This document shows, piece after piece, positions 41,437-50,671 of a stretch of 64,000 bases of DNA (the stretch's first letter is position 1; each line of letters starts with the position of its first letter). The stretch is taken from the NCBI GenBank assembly GCA_964637295.1, contig CAZWWE010000002.1, positions 43,108 to 107,107 of the forward strand. Reading direction: 5' to 3'. Below the pieces are notes generated by a model that saw only the letters and a program-made list of their open reading frames with translations, was not told the origin of the DNA and searched no databases. The stretch is from an uncultured Pseudomonadales bacterium. Its GTDB lineage: Bacteria; Patescibacteriota; Microgenomatia; UBA1400; PJMF01. The translations under genes were made by a program, and so were the position numbers.

Positions 41437-42222
41437 ATGGAAGATATGTTTTCAGTAGTTTTGACTACCCACAACGAAGAAAAAAATTTAGCTAAATGTT
41501 TAGAATCAATCAAAGATTTGGCCGATGAGATTATTGTGGTGGATGGTGAATCAACCGACAAAACAAAAGAAATTGCAAAAAGTTTCGGCGCTCAAGTTTT
41601 TTCAACCACTAATAAGAAAAACTTTCACATCAATAAGCAAATGGCTATGGATAAAGCCAAAGGAGATCTAATTTTGCAGTTAGACGCTGATGAACTAGTT
41701 GATACTGAATTAAAAGAATTTATTCAAAAATTGCTAGGCTCTCTAGAAAAAAAAGAAAAACTTGAATTTGCAGCTTGGTGGATTAAGCGTAAGAACTTCT
41801 TTTGTGGTCGTTGGCTTAGCAAAGGTGGTCAGTATCCTGATCCAGTGATTCGTCTTTATCTTAAAAATAAAGCCCATCTTCCAGCCAAAGATGTTCATGA
41901 GCAAATGCAAGTCGATGGCAAAACCGCCACCGCTAAAGGTCATCTTTTGCATTACAGTAATCCTACCTTTAGCGATTACTGGCGCAAATTTCAGACTTAC
42001 ACCTCTTTCAAAGCACAACAATTAAAAGATGAAAAATTAAAAGTTAATCCTGTGACTTTGATAAAATATTTACTTTTTAAACCACTGCAAACTTTTTTGT
42101 TAATTTATTTGCGCCATAAAGGTTTTGTTGATGGTTGGCAAGGTTTTGTTTTTGCTTTCTTTAGTGCTTTGCATCATCCGATCGCTTATATTAAATTTAT
42201 AAAAATCAAATATGCCAATTAA
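41437..42222 (+). CDS. GT2 family glycosyltransferase
   Basis: FSVVLTTHNEEKNL...IIVVDGESTDKT...LQLDADE. Paralog of 33537 and 35384. Confidence 0.65.
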   Translation: MEDMFSVVLTTHNEEKNLAKCLESIKDLADEIIVVDGESTDKTKEIAKSFGAQVFSTTNKKNFHINKQMAMDKAKGDLILQLDADELVDTELKEFIQKLLGSLEKKEKLEFAAWWIKRKNFFCGRWLSKGGQYPDPVIRLYLKNKAHLPAKDVHEQMQVDGKTATAKGHLLHYSNPTFSDYWRKFQTYTSFKAQQLKDEKLKVNPVTLIKYLLFKPLQTFLLIYLRHKGFVDGWQGFVFAFFSALHHPIAYIKFIKIKYAN

Positions 42223-43264
42223 AGTTTTACTTGACGATAGTCCACTTAGAAATGCTAATGCCATTAGAGGAGTGGGAGCTTACACTAGATTTTTAGCAGA
42301 AGCTTTGAGTAAAAATAAAAGCGTTGAACTGGCGCTGAGTTCTGAAAAAAATATGGATTTTAAGGCAGAAATCACCCATTATCCATTTTTTGATTTATTT
42401 TTTTCGACTTTGCCTTTAATTAATAAAGGTAAAACCATTGTCACTATTCATGACACTATTCCTTTGCTTTTTCCTAAATTTTATCCGATTGGTAAAAAAG
42501 GCATATTGGCTCTCATTAAGCAAAAAATCGCGCTTAAAAGTGTTAATGCAGTGATTACTGATTCTAATAATTCCAAAACCGACATCGCTAAATATCTTAA
42601 ATTTCCTCTGGATAAAATTTATGTTGTTCCTTTGGCTCCCAATCCTAATTTAAGCTCAGTCAATGAAGTAGAGATTAAAAAAGTGAGCAAAAAATACAAA
42701 TTACCCAAAAAGTATTTGCTCTATGTGGGCGATATCAATTACAATAAAAACATTCCTCAACTCATCAAAACTTTGAAATTTCTGCCCAAAGAAATTAAAC
42801 TTGTTTGCGTGGGTAAAAACTTTGTTTCACAAGATATTCCAGAATGGAGAGCGATTGAAGCGCAAATTGCTTTGAGTGACGTAGCAAATAGAGTTCAATT
42901 TATTACTGATCTAAGTAGTGCAAGTAATTTAGAATTATCAGCTCTTTACAGTGGAGCTCTGGCTTACATCCAAGCTTCTCTTTATGAGGGCTTTGGCTTG
43001 CCAGTCTTAGAAGCGATGCGTTGTGGCACACCGGTGATATGTGCCGAAAATTCTTCCCTGTCAGAAGTAGCTTTGAATCAAGCTCTCTTAGTGGAGGAAG
43101 CTAAAGCAGAAAATTTTGCTCTGGCGGTAGAAAAAGTGCTCAATTGGTCAGCAATCGATCGCGAAAAATTTATTAGACGAGCCATGTCTCATGCCAGAAA
43201 GTTCACCTGGCAAAAAACTGCACAAAATACCATTGAAGTTTATCAAGAAGTTTTAAAACAATGA
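42212..43264 (+). CDS. GT4 family (GT-B) glycosyltransferase
   Basis: C-terminal ASLYEGFGLPVLEAMRCGTPVICAENSSLSEV is the GT4 E-x7-E motif. Confidence 0.7.
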   Translation: MPIKVLLDDSPLRNANAIRGVGAYTRFLAEALSKNKSVELALSSEKNMDFKAEITHYPFFDLFFSTLPLINKGKTIVTIHDTIPLLFPKFYPIGKKGILALIKQKIALKSVNAVITDSNNSKTDIAKYLKFPLDKIYVVPLAPNPNLSSVNEVEIKKVSKKYKLPKKYLLYVGDINYNKNIPQLIKTLKFLPKEIKLVCVGKNFVSQDIPEWRAIEAQIALSDVANRVQFITDLSSASNLELSALYSGALAYIQASLYEGFGLPVLEAMRCGTPVICAENSSLSEVALNQALLVEEAKAENFALAVEKVLNWSAIDREKFIRRAMSHARKFTWQKTAQNTIEVYQEVLKQ

Positions 43265-44409
43265 GTAAAAAAGAAATTGTTAAGATCTTCGGCTTTTTTA
43301 TTTTATGGTTGTTTTTTTTAAGTGCAGTAAGTTTTTTAGCCGAAAAACTTTTTGTTTTCAAGCCAACCTTTCCTTATGCTTATGAATTCGCCAAATATAA
43401 TAGTCATAGTTTTTTTGAACGCTTGGCTAATTTTGACGGCGTTCATTACTTGGGATTAGCAACCAGCGGTTATTTACACACTGAGCTTGTCCAGGCTTTT
43501 TTTCCTTTTTATCCATTTTTAATGAGATCAATAGATTTTTTTGTTAATAATTATTTACTCAGCGGTTTGTTGATTAGTCATTTTTTTGCCTTGTTAAGTT
43601 TTTTTGCTTTTTATTATTTAGTGAAACTGGATTATGGAATAAAAATTGCTCACTGGAGCTTGGTTTTTTTTGCTTTCTTCGTCAGTGGCTTCTATTTGCG
43701 CAGTCTTTATAATGAATCTTTATTTTTGGTTTTTATTTTTACTAGTTTAATTGCTGCTAAGAAAAAACTTTATTTGGTGGCCGGATTATTAGGAGCTTTA
43801 GCGAGTGCCACCAGAGTAGTGGGAATTTTTATTTGGCCAAGTTTATTACTGATGGTTTTTATACAAGATCGACGTCAATGGCTAGCTTATTTAGCTGTTA
43901 GCATCAGTAGCTTGGGCTTGGCGGCCTACATGCTTTATTTGCAAATCTATTTTGCTGATCCCTTATATTTTTTTCATATGCAAGAATATTTTGGCGCCAG
44001 TCGCCAAACAAAATTAGTTACTTATCCACAAGTAATCTGGCGTTATCTTAAAATTCTTTGGACAGTCAGGCCAATTGATTGGAAGTATTATGCTTATGTT
44101 CAAGAATTTGTTCTTTCTCTTTTAGCCTTGCTGGGATTAGTCATGGCTAGTTGGCAAAATTTCAAAAATAAAATTAAAATTAATTGGGCTTACTTAATTT
44201 TTGCTTGGGGCAGTTATCTTTTACCGACCTTGACCGGTAATTTTTCTAGTATGCCTCGCTATCTCTTGGTCTGTTTTCCAATTTTTATTTATATCGCTAT
44301 TCTTTTAAATAAAAAATCAAATTCTAAAAAGATCTTCTACCTGACAATTAGCCTGATCTTCCTTATAATCAACTTAATTTTATTCACTCAGGGCTACTGG
44401 GTGGCATAA
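43261..44409 (+). CDS. GT-C membrane mannosyltransferase-like protein (PIG-V/DUF2029/GT87-like)
   Basis: Polytopic, 382 aa. Loop motif NFDGVHYLGLATSGY resembles the WDGxHYLxIAxxGY motif of PIG-V/PimE-type mannosyltransferases. Confidence 0.45.
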   Translation: MSKKEIVKIFGFFILWLFFLSAVSFLAEKLFVFKPTFPYAYEFAKYNSHSFFERLANFDGVHYLGLATSGYLHTELVQAFFPFYPFLMRSIDFFVNNYLLSGLLISHFFALLSFFAFYYLVKLDYGIKIAHWSLVFFAFFVSGFYLRSLYNESLFLVFIFTSLIAAKKKLYLVAGLLGALASATRVVGIFIWPSLLLMVFIQDRRQWLAYLAVSISSLGLAAYMLYLQIYFADPLYFFHMQEYFGASRQTKLVTYPQVIWRYLKILWTVRPIDWKYYAYVQEFVLSLLALLGLVMASWQNFKNKIKINWAYLIFAWGSYLLPTLTGNFSSMPRYLLVCFPIFIYIAILLNKKSNSKKIFYLTISLIFLIINLILFTQGYWVA

Positions 44410-44434
44410 GACATCATAACGAAAGGGAATAATT

Positions 44435-45352
44435 ATGAAAATTTTAATTACTGGCGGCGCTGGCTTTATCGCTTCTCACGTTGCTGATGCTTACATTGAA
44501 TTGGGTCACGAAGTAGTGATAGTCGATAATCTTTCTACGGGTAACTTAAAAAATTTAAATCCCAAAGCTAAATTTATCGAAGCTGATATTACGGATAAAG
44601 AAAAAATCCAAGCAATCATCAGAGCTGAAAGACCAGAATTAATTAATCATCATGCGGCTCACATTCAAGTTGGCTACAGTGTCAAAAATCCTCAATTTGA
44701 TGCGGAAAATAACATTATTGGCTTACTAAACATTATGGAAGCAGCCAAAGAAATTCCTGTCAAGAAAGTGATTATGGCAGCTACCGGTGGAGCGATGTAT
44801 GGCAATAAACAAACTCCTTTCAACGAAACCATGAAAGCTGAACCACTTTCTCCTTATGGTATTTCCAAGCGCGCCGGCGAACTCTACTTGAATTATTATC
44901 ATGAACTTTACCAAATTCCTTTCATTTCTTTGCGTTATTCCAACGTTTATGGCCCACGCCAAAATGCTCATGGAGAATCGGGGGTGATCGCGATCTTTAC
45001 GGAAATGATCGCTGATGGCAAAACTCCAGCGATCAATGGTGATGGGACTCACACCCGTGATTATGTCTATGTCGAAGATGTCGCCAAAGCCAATGTTTTG
45101 GCTCTAAACAGTGATTTTGTCGGTGAATTGAATATTGGTACTAAAACTGAAATTTCTACCAATGAAGTTTTCCGCAAAGTTGTTACGGAAATGGGTGTTA
45201 ATATCGAGGAAAAACATATCGAAGAACGACCAGGTGAACAAGTCACTAGTTCACTGGATTACAGCAAAGCTACGGAAGTTTTAGGCTGGGAACCAAGTGT
45301 TAATTTTGATGAAGGTGTGAAGAGAGTGGTGGAGTGGTATAAAAACAAATAA
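44435..45352 (+). CDS. NAD-dependent nucleotide-sugar 4-epimerase (GalE-family SDR)
   Basis: MKILITGGAGFIASHV; catalytic SPYGISKRAGELY; NVYGPRQ. Confidence 0.7.
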   Translation: MKILITGGAGFIASHVADAYIELGHEVVIVDNLSTGNLKNLNPKAKFIEADITDKEKIQAIIRAERPELINHHAAHIQVGYSVKNPQFDAENNIIGLLNIMEAAKEIPVKKVIMAATGGAMYGNKQTPFNETMKAEPLSPYGISKRAGELYLNYYHELYQIPFISLRYSNVYGPRQNAHGESGVIAIFTEMIADGKTPAINGDGTHTRDYVYVEDVAKANVLALNSDFVGELNIGTKTEISTNEVFRKVVTEMGVNIEEKHIEERPGEQVTSSLDYSKATEVLGWEPSVNFDEGVKRVVEWYKNK

Positions 45353-45354
45353 AA

Positions 45355-45663
45355 TTAATTTGTTCTAAATTTAATATCTATTTTTTTACCAAAGGCTTGT
45401 GCCAATCTATTTAGAAATTCTAAACTAGGATTCGTTTTTCCACTTTCGAAACGACTAATATTAGCCTGTTTGGTTCCAATTTTATCTGCTAGTTCTTTTT
45501 GAGACATCTTGTTTTTAAGACGATTTTTAATCACTAAACTAATTGCCTCATATTGTGGTCTGAGAGCTTCATATTCTTTGGCAAATTCTGGATCAGCCAA
45601 CTTTAGCTTTTTAACTTCTTCAAATGTAACTATTTTTTTCATATTTATTTTCTCCTTAAGCAT
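45355..45663 (-). CDS. XRE-family helix-turn-helix antitoxin (HigA-like)
   Basis: 102 aa with MSQKELADKIGTKQANISRFESGKTNPSLEFLNRLAQAFG, a Cro/C1-type HTH. Overlaps the upstream toxin gene by 8 nt. Confidence 0.7.
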   Translation of the reverse strand: MLKEKINMKKIVTFEEVKKLKLADPEFAKEYEALRPQYEAISLVIKNRLKNKMSQKELADKIGTKQANISRFESGKTNPSLEFLNRLAQAFGKKIDIKFRTN

Positions 45664-45985
45664 CGTTTAGTCTTTTTTCTGCTAGTTCAATATCTTTTTT
45701 TGGTGTTTTATTAGTTTTTTTTATAATGATGTGTAATAAAATGATATTTTTTTCTTTAATAAATGATAAAAATATTCGATAACTTTTGGATCTTAATTCC
45801 CAGATGTTTTTACTGCCTTGCAAATATTTTAAATAAGGATACTTTAAAGATCTACCATACATGGATAAGAGGTCTATTGTCCAGAATATTTTAGTTTGAT
45901 CTTTAATTGGCAGTTCATTAATGAAGTCTAAAACCTGATTTTTACCGTTTCTATTTAGATAAAAGGTTATTTCAAATTTAGACAT
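45656..45985 (-). CDS. Type II toxin, RelE/ParE superfamily (HigB / Gp49-like killer protein)
   Basis: 109 aa. ...IWELRSKSYRIFLSF...IILLHIIIKKTNKTPKKDIELAEKRL matches the addiction-module killer (DUF891/HigB-like) pattern. Toxin-first order as in higBA. Confidence 0.65.
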   Translation of the reverse strand: MSKFEITFYLNRNGKNQVLDFINELPIKDQTKIFWTIDLLSMYGRSLKYPYLKYLQGSKNIWELRSKSYRIFLSFIKEKNIILLHIIIKKTNKTPKKDIELAEKRLNDA

Positions 45986-46005
45986 TAACTAAGAAAAATT
46001 ATATA

Positions 46006-47421
46006 TCATTTATGATATTTTTCAAGAATCACCACTTCCAAAGTTTCACTGCATTTGAAGCGTTCTTTTTCTCTGGATTCACCAAAAAGAGTCAATTCGT
46101 AATAGGCAGTTTTACCATGTTCATAAATGTCATCGTCTAAAACGACCGCCATAATATCAGCTTGACCATTCTCGGTATTAATATCTTTGACCTGGCAACC
46201 GGCTTCATTCATCAAATACTGAAATTCCATGGCGTTGTGATAAGGGTGATGACTTGATTGATTACTAATGAATAAAGGTGCTTGATATTTTTGACAAAAT
46301 TGCTGAGCACAACTTTGTAATTCTGCCAAGCTATGTCTGGCAGGAGCAAAGTAATTGGCTGACAGAGCAGCTTGGAGGAAAACCACATAGAGAAAAACCG
46401 CCACTAAATAAATATAACGAGTTCTCAAGAAGCTAATTAGTAAGAAAAATAAAGGCAAGAGACCAAAAACATAGTGTGAATGAAAAGAAACTGGCATGAG
46501 TAAGGTCAAAATCAAAGTAAAAGCAAAAAGCCAAAAACTATGTTCCAGAAATAAGTTTTTTTCTCTTTTATGAGACAAAAAAACAAACAGAGCAATGAAA
46601 AGGAGTAATAGAATCGTCCAAGAAGGCGTAGTGGCAAAAGAAAATTCACTCAAACTCTTCAAACGATCAAGAAAAAAATTATGACCTTGATCAATTTTTT
46701 CACCAAAAAGCATCATTTTACTCAAAAGAAAACCATGCCTTAATTCAAAAAATAAGGTAGGTAAATTAACTAAACCAAGTGAAGTGATTACATAAAGTAA
46801 ATAAGATAGAAAAACTTGACGACGACGGTAAAGCACGAGACATAAAAAAGCTAAAAGCGTGGGTACGGCTGAATAAGAAAAGGCAGTGGCCAAAGCGATG
46901 AAAAAAGCACTGAGCATCAATAAAATTTTCTTAGGTTTTTTCTGCACTAAATAAACAGTCAAGCTATAAAAAGCAATCAAAATACAAGGGGTGACAAAAG
47001 AAGGATTCCAGATAAAACGACCTTGAATAATGTATTGCGGATGCACAGTAATTAGTAAAAACACCAACAATAAAGACTTTTCCAAACGAGGGTAGAAACG
47101 CAAGAAATATAAACCCAAGACAAAAGCAACCAGATAAAAAACACTGTAAGCAATCAAGCTAGCATAAGGCGAATGGCCAGAAAGCAAATAAAAAGGATAA
47201 AGTAAATAAAAGTAAATAGCACTTTGATTAAATGGCAAAGCGCTAGTTTGTGGGCCCAATAAAGGAGGTTTGCCAGATTCTTGCCATTTAAAAAGCGCCA
47301 AAAAATCACGACCGATGTCGTTGAAAAATAAAAGTGAAGTCTCAATTTTGTAAAATCTTGTCCAAAGAAAAATTAAGCTTAAAAGAAAAGCGACGAGATA
47401 TAAATTGCGAATTTTTGGCAT
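46006..47421 (-). CDS. Large polytopic membrane protein, probable GT-C glycosyltransferase (paralog of 13098-14642)
   Basis: 471 aa. The FFNDIGRDF motif resembles FQGDQGRDA in ORF 13098-14642, placed similarly after TM1. Confidence 0.4.
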   Translation of the reverse strand: MPKIRNLYLVAFLLSLIFLWTRFYKIETSLLFFNDIGRDFLALFKWQESGKPPLLGPQTSALPFNQSAIYFYLLYPFYLLSGHSPYASLIAYSVFYLVAFVLGLYFLRFYPRLEKSLLLVFLLITVHPQYIIQGRFIWNPSFVTPCILIAFYSLTVYLVQKKPKKILLMLSAFFIALATAFSYSAVPTLLAFLCLVLYRRRQVFLSYLLYVITSLGLVNLPTLFFELRHGFLLSKMMLFGEKIDQGHNFFLDRLKSLSEFSFATTPSWTILLLLFIALFVFLSHKREKNLFLEHSFWLFAFTLILTLLMPVSFHSHYVFGLLPLFFLLISFLRTRYIYLVAVFLYVVFLQAALSANYFAPARHSLAELQSCAQQFCQKYQAPLFISNQSSHHPYHNAMEFQYLMNEAGCQVKDINTENGQADIMAVVLDDDIYEHGKTAYYELTLFGESREKERFKCSETLEVVILEKYHK

Positions 47422-47435
47422 AATTTATTATAAAC

Positions 47436-48548
47436 TTACTTCACCCTCTCAAACAACTTCAACGCCTCTGCCACAGCCTGATCCATATTTAAGTAACGAT
47501 AAGTCCCTAAACGACCCACAAAATGAATGCCCTGAGTCTCTAGTTTCTTAGCTTCACGCAGATATTTCTTCATCAATAAATGATTTCGTTCTCGAGGAAC
47601 TGGGTAATAAGGCTCACCGTCCCAAGTGGGATATTCTTTAGAGATAATTGTTTTGGCGATGGATTTCTTGAGTGGATAAAAATATTTATATTCAATGATG
47701 CGGGTGAAAGGGTAGTCTAGGGAAGGGTAATTGACGGCAGAATTTTCTTGGTAGAATTCCTGATCATGCTCTTCAAAATGAAAATCTAGTGAGCGATATT
47801 CTAAATGGCCATAAGCGTAATCAAAATATTGATCGATGGCGCCAGTATAAAAAACTTGATCAAACTGACTGAGATCGTTTTGCTCACGAAAAATAAAAAA
47901 ATCAGTCTTAAGCCGTAACTCAATATTCTGATGTGACAACATTTTTTTTACCAAGCCTTCGAACCCGCCTACTGGCAAGGCCTGATAACGATCGGTAAAA
48001 TAGCGATTGTCACCGTTAAAACGCAAGGGATTACGCTTAATGACTGCTGAGTCTAACTCACTAGGATCCAGTGCCCATTGTTTGAGACTATAATTTTGAA
48101 AAATTGCCTCGTAAAGTTCTTGACCTATTTGTGACAGAACATAATCTGCACTATTGCTCACATGTTTTATTTTTTTGGTTTTTTTAGCTAAGAAAGAGCG
48201 CATCTCTGCCGCGTTTTTTAATTTCAAATGAAAAAATTGATTAATGGTGTTCAAGTTAATTGGTAAATTAAGCAGTCGGTTTTTAACTTTAACCAAAACT
48301 TGATGCTCATATGGTTGCCATTTAGTAAATTTTTGTAAATAATTCCAAACTTCTTGACTGTTAGTGTGAAATAAATGGGCACCATAATTAGAGACGCGAA
48401 TGCCAGTTGCCTTATCCAAGTGATCGTAACAATTGCCTGCCAGATGATTTCGCTGATCAATCACTAAAACAGCATCGCCCTCCTTCGCAAAGCGCTCTGC
48501 TAAAGTGACTCCAGAAAGACCAGCGCCGATGATGAGAATGCGAGACAT
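47436..48548 (-). CDS. glf: UDP-galactopyranose mutase
   Basis: ILIIGAGLSGVTLAERFAKEG...LVIDQRNHLAGNCYD...GIRVSNYGAHLFHT...VWNYL is the Glf N-terminal FAD signature. C-terminal blocks are also consistent. Confidence 0.85.
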   Translation of the reverse strand: MSRILIIGAGLSGVTLAERFAKEGDAVLVIDQRNHLAGNCYDHLDKATGIRVSNYGAHLFHTNSQEVWNYLQKFTKWQPYEHQVLVKVKNRLLNLPINLNTINQFFHLKLKNAAEMRSFLAKKTKKIKHVSNSADYVLSQIGQELYEAIFQNYSLKQWALDPSELDSAVIKRNPLRFNGDNRYFTDRYQALPVGGFEGLVKKMLSHQNIELRLKTDFFIFREQNDLSQFDQVFYTGAIDQYFDYAYGHLEYRSLDFHFEEHDQEFYQENSAVNYPSLDYPFTRIIEYKYFYPLKKSIAKTIISKEYPTWDGEPYYPVPRERNHLLMKKYLREAKKLETQGIHFVGRLGTYRYLNMDQAVAEALKLFERVK

Positions 48549-48556
48549 TGAGTTGA

Positions 48557-49537
48557 TTATAGATTACTTTCCCGATATCTTCTTTCCAAAAAGTTATTTT
48601 TTAGATAATGAAACTCAGCAATTTTATAAATCATATCTGGTAATAAATTCATCAGTTGAGTAGCTAAATAAAAAGAAGAATTGGCAATTAAAGATCTTAA
48701 GTTAAATTTTGGTCGCCAATTGCTAAATTCAGTTTGATCCAAAATTGTAAAATATTGCTTTCTGTAAGGATGAAAATGAGCGAAGCTCCAAGGTTTAGCA
48801 CCATCAAAATGAATAATTCCTGGATTGTTTTTGAGTTGTTGAAATTTCTTTTGGCTTAACTGACAATAAAAATGGCTTTTAGCATAAAAAATATAAGAGC
48901 CAACATTCCAAGTTGGATCGAGTTTACTAACTTTGTTATTCATCACAATATTAAAAACATCTTGATCGGCGGCCAATAGCTTGTTGGTGTTTTCTATTGA
49001 AAAAGTGATTAATTTTTTTACCAAATTATTTCTTCTCATTGCTTGCAGATTTATTAGTAAAACTCCAGTGTTAAAACAGAAAGATAAATTAGTTTTGAAT
49101 TGTTTGGATAAGACTTGCTGATAGTTTGGATGAAAAACTTTTACTGCTGCAATGGGCTTGTTTGCGCTTAAGCTAGTTGCAAAAATTTTGGCTACATCAT
49201 CAAAAATTAATAGATCGGCATCTAAATACAAAACTTTTTTAATATTTTTTAATATATTGGGCAATAAAATTCTAAAATAGCAAACTTCATTTAAATGTAA
49301 AAATTTTTGAGTATCTTTAAAAATATTTTTATCAATTTGATAAAATTTTAAGCTTTTGTTAGTAAAATTTTTTAAGCTAGCTATCAATTTCTTTTTGTTA
49401 ATGTCAGAAATTCCTCCGTCAAGAATGTGAAGGTGATAAAAATGACCTGCACCAGCTACTTGTAAAAGTGAGTAAATCGTGACTGTTAAATGTTGAAGAT
49501 AGTGATCATCGGCAGAAAAAGCAACGTGGACCTGCAT
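48557..49537 (-). CDS. GT8 family glycosyltransferase
   Basis: VHVAFSADDHYLQHL...KVLYLDADLLIFDD is the Glyco_transf_8 DxD region. Confidence 0.7.
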   Translation of the reverse strand: MQVHVAFSADDHYLQHLTVTIYSLLQVAGAGHFYHLHILDGGISDINKKKLIASLKNFTNKSLKFYQIDKNIFKDTQKFLHLNEVCYFRILLPNILKNIKKVLYLDADLLIFDDVAKIFATSLSANKPIAAVKVFHPNYQQVLSKQFKTNLSFCFNTGVLLINLQAMRRNNLVKKLITFSIENTNKLLAADQDVFNIVMNNKVSKLDPTWNVGSYIFYAKSHFYCQLSQKKFQQLKNNPGIIHFDGAKPWSFAHFHPYRKQYFTILDQTEFSNWRPKFNLRSLIANSSFYLATQLMNLLPDMIYKIAEFHYLKNNFLERRYRESNL

Positions 49538-49538
49538 T

Positions 49539-50342
49539 TCAAGAATTGGTGCGATAACTAATTGAATATAGAGAATAAAAGAATTTCACCAAAAAATTTG
49601 GCCAAATTTTTTTAAAACAAATTAAGTCTTCATCTTGACGAAGATGATTTTGTAGACCCCTCGTAGTTTCAGAGTCAGCGTGAATGCGATGTTGCATAAG
49701 AATTTTGCTAGACTTTAGAAAATCTCCTTCCCGATTGGCCAAATCTATCCAAGCAATCCAATCGATGTTAATGCGAAATGCAGGATCAAAGGCAAAGTCA
49801 GTGATCTTGTCACGATGAAATAAAACGCTCGGACAAGGAATTGGCGAGCCAAGACCTAAAAATCTTTTTTTTGCATCTAATTTAGTAATTACTGGAGAAA
49901 AAAAGAAACTAAAAAAAATTATTAAACGCTTGATCAATAAATTTAATGTCCAAGTTCGAATTTTAGTTTCCTTTAAACCATGATAAATTTCTTGATAATC
50001 ACAAAACTTAATTAAAAATTCTGGATAATTTGCTAAGTTTTTTAGCATTTCTTGAGTGTAATTTGGTAAATAAATATCGTCCTGATGAGCCAGGGTAAAA
50101 TATTTAGTTGAGGCTTGTTTAAGAGCAAAATTAAAATCTGGCGCCAAGCCTTTTTCACCCTTATTAATTTTAATTTCTAAATGATATTTTTTGGCAATTT
50201 TTTCTAAAAAAGCGTTGGGAGTAGAAGTAGCCAAAATAATTTCACTTTTGACCGATTGGGCAAATAAAGACTGCAGACAATCTTCTAAAAAAGGTGATTC
50301 TTTGTAAGCTAAAACCACGAAACTATGTTGATTTTTTTTCAT
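49539..50342 (-). CDS. GT2-like glycosyltransferase
   Basis: SFVVLAYKESPFLEDCLQSL...TLAHQDDIY shows Rossmann-type GT-A features. Confidence 0.5.
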   Translation of the reverse strand: MKKNQHSFVVLAYKESPFLEDCLQSLFAQSVKSEIILATSTPNAFLEKIAKKYHLEIKINKGEKGLAPDFNFALKQASTKYFTLAHQDDIYLPNYTQEMLKNLANYPEFLIKFCDYQEIYHGLKETKIRTWTLNLLIKRLIIFFSFFFSPVITKLDAKKRFLGLGSPIPCPSVLFHRDKITDFAFDPAFRINIDWIAWIDLANREGDFLKSSKILMQHRIHADSETTRGLQNHLRQDEDLICFKKIWPNFLVKFFYSLYSISYRTNS

Positions 50343-50671
50343 TTTAACTTAACTCTTTCTAAAGTAATTTTTCTTACTAGTTCTTCCAGTCTTTTTTCTA
50401 ATTTTTTATTTTTAAGATAAATATAAAAATTAAGCATCACTAAAATCATAAATGCTAAAACTACTAATAAGTCAAAAACTCGCGCAAAATGCAAGACATT
50501 TACTATTCCCAAGAGTAAATCAGGAAAAAGCGCTAAGACAATAAAAATAAACCAAACACTGTACCAAAGCGAGGCCTCCGCAATTAAAAGATTGTGTCGT
50601 TTTTGATTACTTCTCACCCAATAAATCATAAATAAGGCAAAAAGGGTGGCGATGATTTGAAAAATACTCAT
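50339..50671 (-). CDS. DUF2304-like small membrane protein (GtrB partner)
   Basis: 110 aa, three TM helices and a charged C-terminal helix. Directly downstream of a GtrB-like GT2, the usual DUF2304 context. Confidence 0.45.
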   Translation of the reverse strand: MSIFQIIATLFALFMIYWVRSNQKRHNLLIAEASLWYSVWFIFIVLALFPDLLLGIVNVLHFARVFDLLVVLAFMILVMLNFYIYLKNKKLEKRLEELVRKITLERVKLK

